Below are positions 24,651 through 34,264 of a DNA stretch of 64,000 bases, piece by piece. The notes beneath the pieces are model-generated. The model saw only the letters and a program-made list of their open reading frames with translations. It had not been told where the DNA came from and searched no databases. Numbering within the stretch: the first letter of the stretch is position 1; each line of letters opens with the position of its first letter. The position numbers were made by a program, and so were the translations under genes. This DNA comes from Sphyrna mokarran (taxonomy: Eukaryota), in assembly GCA_024679065.1 (NCBI GenBank), contig JAGIQG010000016.1, forward strand, positions 2,170,001-2,234,000. Direction: 5' to 3'.

Positions 24651-25433
24651 TTGTGTGTTTAATTAGAAAGAGGTAATGCATCACTGTGACCCAAAATGAG
24701 GAACTGCTTGTTTCAAAATTAGAAATCAAGACTTTGCCTTGTCTGTGAGCAAACTGTTAACCCTTTGGATGCCTCAGTTGTGGCTGAATAGCCTTCTCGA
24801 AGTGTAACAAGTGTAACATGTTCCTGTGTAACAAGCCTGCGTGTGTGGGGATGGGGGTAGTGTTAACCCATCATGAAACCAGATCAATCACTAAGACTAT
24901 TTATTACGGTAAAGTGGACCCAGTAACAAAAGCAGATTAATATCCTATTCCACAATTGGAACAGTATTTTGAGAAAGTGGGACAATTGGAGTTTATCATA
25001 AAAAATCATTTGCTGCAAAGATTTTGGCAAGTTTCTGTCTCAGAAAGAGTGAAAGAGGTATCAGCTTTTGTAACGCAAATGATCTATATCAATTAAAAAT
25101 CAAAAAAAAAACTGTTCTCCGGAGCAGAGTTTTTGGAGAGTGGCTGGTGAGACTCCTGATTTGCAATTTCTGTCTTTCACTTTAGTTGTTAGAGTGTTTA
25201 TTTCGGCGCTTCGCAGTGGGAGATAGGCACAGGGGGCTGCAGGGAAGGAAGCGCGGGAGTGTAAAAGGAAGGCCAAGGTAGACAGCGGGCAGTGGAGTGA
25301 GATGGGAATTAGAGTGAGAGCAATAAGGGCTTAAGCTCACTGGGCTTGGGAGAGCGCAGGCTTGGACGCGGTGAGTACCTTGATTCCTACCTAATCAACA
25401 CTTTTCCCAACACCTTTAAAGGGGGTATACAAA

Positions 25434-26339
25434 ATGCCACGATACTTGGCCAAACGCATCCACTGCGTACGCTGCCATATGTGGACCTTCTTGGAGGCAT
25501 CACATCTCCAGAAGGCCCACATATGCGCAAAATGTTTAGAATTGCAACGTTTAAGAGCTAAGTTGAGACAGCTGGAGCTGCGCTTGGAGGACATGTGTCT
25601 AGTGAGGGATAATGAGGTTACAATGAATAGGGAAGGTAGTCCTGCGGGGACCCCAGGATCTAGTAGTAGGGACGGGCTGGTTACAGTTACGAGGAACAAG
25701 AATAAAAATCAAGGCACAAAGGCCATCTCTAAGGAGGATTCCCAGAAAACCAAGGGAGGGGTAAAAGCTGTGATGGAGAGGGCAAGTGAAGGGGAACAGA
25801 ATGCCACAGAGACCAGCAGGAAAGTAGGAAGTGAGATATTGGTGGGGGATGGGATGGTTAAAGGGATTGATAGGCGTTTCTGTGGGCAACAGAGAGACTC
25901 CAGGATGGTAGTCTGCCTCCCTGGAGCAGGGGTCCAGGATGTTTCAGAGAGGGTAGAGGGAATTTTGAAGGGAGAAGGGTCAAAGGCAAATGTAGTAGTT
26001 CACGTAGGACAGAAAGATGTAGGAACAAAGCGCAGGGGGGACTTACGTAGGCATTTTAGGGAGTTGGGGGCTCAACTGAAAGGTAGGGCCTCCAGGGTGG
26101 CGTTCTCTGGGCTGCTGCCTGTGCCCGGGACCGATTGGGTAAAAACAAATGAGACACTCCAACTAAATGCATGGATGAGGGATTGGTGTAGGTCAGAAGG
26201 CTTCATATTCATTGATCATTGGGAGGTCTTCAGGAGGGAGGGTCACCTATTCAAGAGGGATAGGGAGCAGTTGACTGGGAGGGGAACACATATTTTAGCT
26301 GGGAGGTTAGCTGGAGTGTTTCAGAAGTGTTTAAACTAA
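25434..26339 (+). CDS. CR1 ORF1p (zinc finger/leucine zipper + SGNH-esterase-like domain), 301 aa
   Basis: CVRC..CAKC followed by an L-heptad; ILVGDGMVKG, VVCLPGA, VVVHVGQKD, FSGLLPVP and LNAWMRDWC blocks. Confidence 0.88.
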   Translation: MPRYLAKRIHCVRCHMWTFLEASHLQKAHICAKCLELQRLRAKLRQLELRLEDMCLVRDNEVTMNREGSPAGTPGSSSRDGLVTVTRNKNKNQGTKAISKEDSQKTKGGVKAVMERASEGEQNATETSRKVGSEILVGDGMVKGIDRRFCGQQRDSRMVVCLPGAGVQDVSERVEGILKGEGSKANVVVHVGQKDVGTKRRGDLRRHFRELGAQLKGRASRVAFSGLLPVPGTDWVKTNETLQLNAWMRDWCRSEGFIFIDHWEVFRREGHLFKRDREQLTGRGTHILAGRLAGVFQKCLN

Positions 26340-29234
26340 TAGGGAGGGAGGGTGGGGAGAGAGAGGGAACTGGGAGTGGGAGAGAGAGGGATGATAGGAT
26401 AACACCAGAAGGTAGAAAGGAATATCCGAGAGCTGAGGGTCTTCAGTGCATGTGTTTTAATGCGAGGAGTGTGACTGGCAAAACAGATGAACTGAAGGCA
26501 ATAATGTTCACGAGGAGTTTAGAAGTGGTGGCGGTGACTGAGACGTGGTTGAAGGAGGGGCAAGACTGGCAATTGAATATTCCAGGGTATAAGTGTTTTA
26601 GGCGTGACAGAGTTGGTGTGAGGAGAGGCGGGGGAGTGGCTTTATTAGTTAAGGACAACATCATAGCAGTGCAGAGGGAGGGAGGTATGGATGATTTAGG
26701 AATTGAGTCTCTATGGGTGAAGTTGAGGAATAGGAAGGGAGTGGTTACTCTGTTGGGTGTTTTACTACAGACCGCCCAACAGCCCGCGAGCCATGGAAGA
26801 AGGGATATGCAGGGACATTTTAGATAAGTGTAGGAAAAATAGGGTAGTAGTAGTGGGAGATTTCAATTTTCCTGGAGTAGATTGGAGAGTGCCCAGAGCT
26901 GTAGGAGTGGACGGGGAGGAATTTGTACATTGTGTTTTGGAAGGGTCCTTGGAGCAGTATGTGGATGGCCCGACTAGAGATGGGGCTATACTGGATTTGG
27001 TTCTGGGGAATGAGCCAGGGCAGGTGGTTGACGTCGAGGTAGGAGAGCATGTGTCAAATAGTGATCACAACTCTGTCTGCTTTAGGATATTAATGGAAAA
27101 GGACGAGACCGGCCCAAAAGGGAAGGTATTTAACTGGGGGAGGGCTAGATACAGCCAGATTAGGCAAGATCTTAAAGATACTGACTGGGATAAGCTTTTT
27201 GAGGGCAGGTCGATGAGGTACATGTGGGAGTCTTTCAAGGGAAAACTAAACTCTCTGCAGGAAAGATACGTGCCGGCAAGGAGGAAGGATGGGAAAGGTA
27301 GGATTAGAGAACCGTGGCTTACCAGGGAGATTGAGGACTTGATCAGGAAGAAGCGAGAGGCTTACATTAGATCTAGGCAACTGGGGACTGAGACAGCGCT
27401 GGAAGCTTATAGAGAGTGTAGACGGGATCTTAAAAGGGGTATTAGAAAGGCAAAAAGGGGCCACGAGGTGGCTCTGGCAGGTAGGATTAAGGAAAATCCA
27501 AAGGCATTTTACACCTATGTAAGGAGCAAAAGGATGGTTAGAGGCAAGATTGGACCTCTCAGGGACAGAGGAGGGGATCTATGCTTAGAGCCTGAGGGAA
27601 TGGGGGAGATCCTGAATGAATGCTTTGCGTCGGTATTCACGCAGGAGACTGGCCAGATGTCTGTTGCTGATGTTGACAAAGTTGAGGATCGGTTGAGGGA
27701 AATAAGGATTACGAGGAAAGAGGTGTTGGGGCTGTTAGGCAGCTTAAAGACATATAAAGCTCCAGGGCCTGATGGCATTTACCCCAGGCTGCTAAGGGAG
27801 TTGAGGGAAGACCTAGCTGGGCCTCTGATGCAAATCTTTGTCTCTTCCTTGGACACAGGTGAGGTCCCAGAGGACTGGAGGATAGCAAACGTAGTACCGT
27901 TGTTTAAAAAAGGTCAGAGGGATAACCCAGGGAACTATAGGCCGGTGAGCTTGACTTCAGTTATAGGTAAGCTAATGGAGAGGATCCTTAGGGACAGGAT
28001 GTATGAGCATCTGGAGCGCTGCGATCTGATCAGGGATACGCAGCATGGCTTCGTCAAGGGGAAGTCTTGTCTTACAAATCTAGTGGAATTTTTTGAAGAA
28101 GTGACAAAAACAGTTGATGAAGGACATGCTGTTGATGTCGTCTACATGGATTTCAGTAAGGCGTTTGACAAGGTTCCTCATGGTAGACTGATAGAGAAGG
28201 TGAAGGCGCATGGGATACAGGGTCGGGTATGTAGATGGGTCGAGAACTGGCTCGGGAGGAGGAGACAGAGGGTAGTAGTGGAAGGCTCTTTTTCCAGCTG
28301 GAAGCCTGTCACTAGTGGAGTGCCACAAGGCTCAGTACTAGGTCCTCTTCTATTTGTGGTCTACATAAACGACTTGGAAGTTGGGGTAGGTGGTGAGATC
28401 AGCAAATTTGCTGATGACACCAAGATGCTTGGATTGGCGGGTACAGAGGAGCAGTGTCAGGCAATACAACAGGACATAGATAGGTTGGTAGACTGGGCAG
28501 ATAGATGGCAAATGGAATTTAATCCGGATAAATGCGAGGTGATGCATTTTGGCCGGAAAAATGTAGAAGAGAGTTATAGGATAAAAGGTAAAACTATACG
28601 GAGCATAGAGACGCAGAGAGACTTGGGGGTGCAGGTTCACAAGTCTCTGAAGGTGTCCTCACAGGTGGAGAAGGTGATAAAGAAGGCGTATAGTATGTTA
28701 GCTTTCATAGAAAAGGGTATAGAATACAAGAGTAGGAGTTTGATGTTGCAGTTGTATAGAACGTTGGTTAGGCCTCACTTGGAATACTGCGTCCAGTTCT
28801 GGTCGCCGTACTATCGGAAGGATGTGGAGTCCTTGGAGAGAGTGCAGAGGAGGTTTACCAGGATGCTGCCTGGTATGGAAGGACTGTCTTATGAGGAACG
28901 ATTAGATAGACTGGGGTTGTTTTCCCTTGAAAGACGTCGGCTTAGAGGGGATCTCATAGAGGTGTATAAGATTATAAGGGGTATAGATAGAGTAAATGGA
29001 GGTAAACTTTTTCCACCTTTAGAAATGGATAGGACGAGGGGTCATGGCCATAGGGTGAGGGGGGCTATGTATAGGACGAATATTAGAGGGCAGTTTTTCA
29101 CACAAAGGGTAGTGGGGGTGTGGAATGCACTGCCGAGTAAGGTGGTGGGAGCAGGCACGCTGGGGCTGTTTAAGGGTCTCTTGGACAGCCACATGAGCGG
29201 TATGCAGATAGAGGGATATATTAGGACTGTTTAA
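26327..29234 (+). CDS. CR1 ORF2p endonuclease-reverse transcriptase, split by one +1 frameshift at ~26760
   Basis: ORF 26327-26827 (CFNARS, ETWL, GGGVAL) continues in ORF 26757-29234 ([24 protein letters not shown]). Apparent extra T in GGTGTTTTACTAC. Confidence 0.9.
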
Positions 29235-30189
29235 CTACGGCTTTTTTTCCACAGGTAATTCGGTCCATACTTGACCAACAATGAGCATGCATTCGGCAGG
29301 TGGTGCGAGGACAGCTCTTGGATGTTGATTCGTGGGTTGCCTGGTACTTCATGTCGTAAATGAGTGCTATATGTGGACCATCTGAAGGGCACCATGACAG
29401 CTCAGAGACTATCGATGTGGCTGTGCAGACACTTGGAATTGGGCCGATGTCTGCGGGAGTTTGTGCGTTCTCCCCGTGGTTGCGTGGGTTTTCTCCAGGC
29501 GCTCCGGCTTCCTCCCACAACCCAAAAATTCGCTCTTAGGCTGATTGGGAAACAAATTGTCCCTATAGTGAGAGTCTTCCATATTAGGAATAACCTAAAT
29601 CTATAATAGGATAATGGAATTGCTATTATATAGTTATGAAGGCGGCGCGGGCTCGTTGGGCTGAAGGGCCTGTTTCCCGTGCTGTGTTGCTCTAAAAAAA
29701 AAATCATGCTATCTGGTGTGAAGAATGCATCAGCAACATTTCAGAGACATCACGAACTGAGTAACTGTGCAGATTATATTGATTTAGTAGTATTCAGTTA
29801 AATATAGGAAGAGCATTTGTTCCATTTAAAGGAACTGTTTTGACTGCAAGAAACCAATTTGGTGGTAAACTTGGTTGATGGTGAATTTGCAAAAGCATAC
29901 TGTTCGACATGGTCAACTGGCCCCACAAGATGCAAAAATAAAAGTCATTGTAGAATTCCCAGTACCCACAGCAAATAGGAAGTTTTGAGATTTCTAGCCA
30001 TAAGTGGATTTTATGAGACATTTGTGCCAAATTTTAGCAGTGTGGTTTCTTCATTGACTGCAGTATTGAAAATGAACTGAAAATTTCAATGTGTCAGAAT
30101 GCATTTAACAGCTTGAAAACTGTACTAACTACTATCACTACTGTCCAAGCAGCACCTGCTTATACAAAGCAATTCAAGTTGGCCATTTT

Positions 30190-30720
30190 TTGATTTGATT
30201 GATTTGATTTATTATTGTCAGATGTATTAGCATACAGTGAGAAGTATTGTTTCTTGCGCACTATACAAACAGAGTATACTGTTCATTGAAAAGGAAATGA
30301 GTGCAGAATGTACTGTTACATTTATAGCTAGAGTGTAGAGAAAGATCAACTTCATGCGAGGTAGGTCTGTTCAAAAGTCTTCTTCCAATGGAAGAAGGTG
30401 GAAGGGAGAATGTCCTGGGTGCGTGGGGTCCTTAATTATGCTGGCTGCATTTCCGAGGCAGCGGGAAGTATAGACAGAGTCAATGGATGGGAGGTTGGTT
30501 TGTGTGATGGACTGGACTACATTCACGATATTTTGTAATTTCTTGCAGACTTGGGCAGAGCAGGAACCCATACCAAGCTGTGATACAAGGATGCTTTCTA
30601 TGGTGCATCTGTAAAAATTGGTGAGAGTTGAATATGACATGCCAACTTTCCTTAGTCTTCTAAGAAAGTAGAGGCATTGGTGGGCTTTCTTAACTGTAGT
30701 GTCAGCTTGGGGGCACCAGG
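30190..30720 (-). mobile_element. Rex1/Babar-like LINE 3' fragment
   Basis: LTNFYRCTIESIL...LPSIDSVYTSRCLGNAASIIKDPTHPGH with an (aaatc)n tail at ~30190. Confidence 0.75.
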
Positions 30721-31249
30721 ACAGTTACCATTATCATTCTGTAAGTAACATGGATATCAGTGCTGTATTATTACAAGATTAATTAGGAATTGAGAAACTG
30801 ATAGGATACTTCTGGGGTAACTTGAATTTACATTAGAAGAAACATTCAATCATTGAGGAAGAGATTCCAAGTCTGTTGTTACGCTTGCAGCCTTTCAAAA
30901 TTTCTTTTGCAAGCAATTCTTCAGAGGCAAACAGACATATATGAAATTTGTGGAAATGTTGAAAACATAATGCCAGGTTGGTGGAGTTAATTGCTGTAAC
31001 TTTTTACAAATTATCCATGTAACCGGACAGTCAAATTGCAGATGTATTGTCTGGCGTTTACAATTCAAAACAGCTTGGACAGTTAAAAAATGCAGAATGG
31101 ATGTGAGTACACTGTGTATAGTTTCATGATTGGTGCATGTACCTGACAGTGTAATATTTTTGTCTTTATCAATAAACATCATAAGTGATTGGAAACAGGT
31201 TGAGGAAATTTACCTGTGTTGGAAATATGATGGTTAATTTTTCTATGAG

Positions 31250-33240
31250 GCGTGTGATGTAAAGAAAGGGTATTATTTTTGATATTTTTGTGGATTGGTG
31301 TGCTATAATGTGAAGCAGGCTTGCAAGTGTATATGTGTATGTGGGCTGCAAGGCTAAGAATACCAAAGGGTTCTAGGTGTAAAAGATACTTGAAGTAAGT
31401 ATGGACAAGTTGAATTTTTTGCAAGTAAATAAGACATGATTAGAAATTTGCATTTGGAGTTAAAGAATGTTGTTGTATTTGGTTTATTAAGGCCTAGGCT
31501 AGAAACTCCATGGTGTTTTGTGAAATTAGCCTAGACCCTTTGATTTTGGCAATGGTAAGCATAAGGTGTTTAACTCCAGGTATGATTCAAGTAACCCACT
31601 AGGAATCTTTAACCAAACAAAATTTATTTAAAAACACCTGTAGAATGTACAGAATTTGCATATATTTTACCAATTACAAGACTTAAACATGACACAGTAT
31701 AATGCATAACAGCTAGCTATCTCTGTTGTTCCAATATAAAAGCAATATCCCATAAGTATACACCTTTCTTCAGAATTAGTTAGCACTAATAGAAATATGC
31801 TCAAATGATTCTAGATTTCCAGCTTTTAATACATATACACAGAAATTCAAACAGACATTTTTAGAGAAGAATCTATCCTCAAGACAGTAAACCAGAGAAG
31901 CAGATTTAATCTCTAGCAGTTCCTAGTCTTCAGACTTGAGAGACAGTAAAGGCTACCTCCCTCTCTCTCTCTAGAGCTTCCAAAACAGCAACACTTAGAC
32001 AATAGAATCTCCAAATTCAGGCAGGGAAAACAGAGGCTCTCTCTCTCTCTCTCTCGCTATCTCTCTCTCCCTATCTCTCTCTCTTTCTCTTTATCTCAAT
32101 CCAACTAACATCTGAAAACAACTAAGCTGGAATCCTGTGTGAAAGCCTAGCGTCCCCAGTCATATGATCTGACCTGTTAATCATCCCAGTAAAGCTCTAC
32201 TCTGCAATACCAGGGGAATAATGCAGACCACTGCATTAGTTCAGATTAATATCTGAACTATAAGCTTCAGTAGCATGGAGGACACAGCTCCAGATATAAT
32301 AGCATCAATAGAATGACAGGGACTGCTAGAAACATCCTGCAGAGATAAATGATTAAAATACATTTTTGCAACACAATATCATCATGGGTTTTTATATTTC
32401 AAGGGACATACAAAGAAATTTAGAACAAAAAAGTGATTCGTTATTGAATTGTGTTTTATCTGAAATTAAGCACAAAAGGAGAACATAAAAGATTACCATG
32501 TTCTGGGAAAGGATAAAGGTAGTGGAATAAAGATAAATGAATGAAAAGCTAGTTAAGGAGAGACATGAAAGTTATGGGTGGGAGGGAGAAGAGGATATAT
32601 GAGCTTTCTTGTAATGCTGCTCTCTGCTGTGAAAAGTCAAAGGAAAGCATCCTTCAGCCAACACAGAGCAACGTATACTTTGATTCAAAAAGCAAGATTT
32701 TGTTTTTACATTTCTTAATTATCAACAGCAGAAGCACTGTGAGATATCTTTCCTACAGTAAAAATGGGCTTGCCTTGTAATAAAATTATTGAAATATCTA
32801 ACAGATTAAATATCTACGAGGGATTGTTGCCTAAAGGCTTATTTATTTGTGAGTCAATTAAGAAGGAAGTTTATTTTTGGGGGAATATTCTTTAATACTA
32901 ATTTTAACTGTGTAAGTGTAATCTTGTGCATTTACGTTTTCTTTTATTGCTAAATGTTTTAATTTAATATTTAAAATCCCATATTTTGACTGGAATTTAG
33001 GGTGTGGCTTCTGACTTCAGCACATGTGTATTCTCATGGTCAAAATGCAAAAAGAAAATAGTTGTGATTAGCTTGCCCAGGTCTTCCTTTGGGATTTGAT
33101 TTGCACAGCAGTTACCACTTGCTGAATCAATACAGGAAGGTGTTTTCCAAAAGTGAGGGACAGCTCTGAAGGAGCACATACAAATTAAAACACAGAGAAT
33201 CATCTCACATAGATATTCTTTCAACTCTGACAGATAACAT
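31250..33240. mobile_element. Probable LTR-derived sequence, with an inverted LTR-like piece at ~31560-32380 related to ~53900-54063
   Basis: Follows the Gypsy RNase H. The reverse complement of 31561-31637 matches ~53909-53987. Boundaries uncertain. Confidence 0.4.
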
Positions 33241-33392
33241 CAATGTGAGGAAATTCCATCTGATTATGCAGAGGGAAACTATTTGTTAGGAGTAAGGACT
33301 TGTGGTTTGTAGGAAGGTAAACTTGTAGAAATTTTTGAATGACTCTCTTTCCCTGTGCTGTCCCCACACTGTATGTATTTCACCCTTGCTGT

Positions 33393-33500
33393 TTATTGAT
33401 TTGCATAAATAGAATTCTTATCAATATCACAGTTTGCGTAGACATCATCCACGTGATATAAATTGATTCGATGGGTGGCTTTCATTTCCACATTTTTCTT
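33393..33500 (-). CDS. Gene B terminal cytoplasmic exon KKNVEMKATHRINLYHVDDVYANCDIDKNSIYANQ*
   Basis: Acceptor tttctcttacAG (33501-33502), phase 0, 36 codons including stop. Two acidic-context YAN motifs typical of immune-receptor tails. Linkage to gene B across an 11-kb intron is inferred. Confidence 0.72.
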   Translation of the reverse strand, partial: KKNVEMKATHRINLYHVDDVYANCDIDKNSIYANQ

Positions 33501-34264
33501 CTGTAAGAGAAACAGAAATATCAAAATGATGCTCAGAGTGATCTGTGTTTAGTATTATACTGTCCAATTGCGGAAATACATTGAATATCAAGCACTGCTT
33601 TTGAGTTTTGCAAGCTGTTTGTCAGTTTGTTCAGTTTGTCCATTGCAAACTGGTGAAGGGGCATATTACTTGATACAATCCATCAGTCTTTGGGCTATTT
33701 GACCAACATGTCTGGCATTACATCATCAATGAAATGAATATCTTACCTTGCTCATTTGCGTGATGGGCAGAATGTCTCTTTGTTGATGGCAACTTGTTAG
33801 TGACGAATATCACTGTTGTTGCTACAACATTGCAGCAGCTTAGCAAAATCTAGCTTTGCCTGTTGCACAAATGTTTGAGATACCTTCCCCTTCCAGGGTA
33901 ATCTGAGCCAGATTGGGCACTTTTCAGAGCCAAAAATGACAGCCTTAGGCCGCTCATGACTTTACGCTAAATACATGGTGAAACGATTTGATCAGGGAAG
34001 CCCCTCTGTGTCCCACAGGACCATTACCCATGGGCTGGTGAGACAGAATAGAGGGTTGAAAATTCAAGCAATTCAAGATTCAAGATTTTGCAATTGCTGC
34101 TTCTCAAACAGAGGCTGTTTCTTCCATGAGTTTGCTGCTGCTGACTCCCTATCAGCAGAAAATGAAGGAGAGAAATGGTCTCCAATTGGAGATGCAATGA
34201 GTATGTTGAGGATTGCCAAGTGGAAGGATACAATGCTGGGGCAGAGCTGCTGCCCGGAGAGAGC

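Larger units (their letters stand above)
25103..29698 (+). mobile_element. Full-length CR1 LINE (~4.6 kb) with 8-bp TSD AAAAATCA
   Basis: 5' UTR, intact ORF1, ORF2 with one frameshift, ~460-nt 3' UTR, A-rich end. TSD at 25095-25102 and 29699-29706; removing the element restores the Gypsy reading frame. Confidence 0.93.
24870..31060 (+). mobile_element. Decayed Gypsy/Ty3 (possibly Gmr1-like) pol RT-RNase H, split by CR1 and Rex/Babar insertions
   Basis: KVDPVTKAD*YPIPQLE..EKVGQ..FWQV.VSER.KEVSAFVT..YQLKI|MLSGVKNASATFQR. Then VVFS..EEHL, YTKQFKLAI, ISAVLLQD..GIEKLIGYF, and IIHVTG..IADVLS. Confidence 0.8.

Noticed and set aside
33747-34148. Possible extra cytoplasmic exon (acceptor-like at 34149, donor CAAG|GTAAG at 33747)
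   Set aside because: The phase-0 frame needed to join neighbouring exons has several stops. No supportable coding exon, though a short or non-coding exon cannot be excluded.
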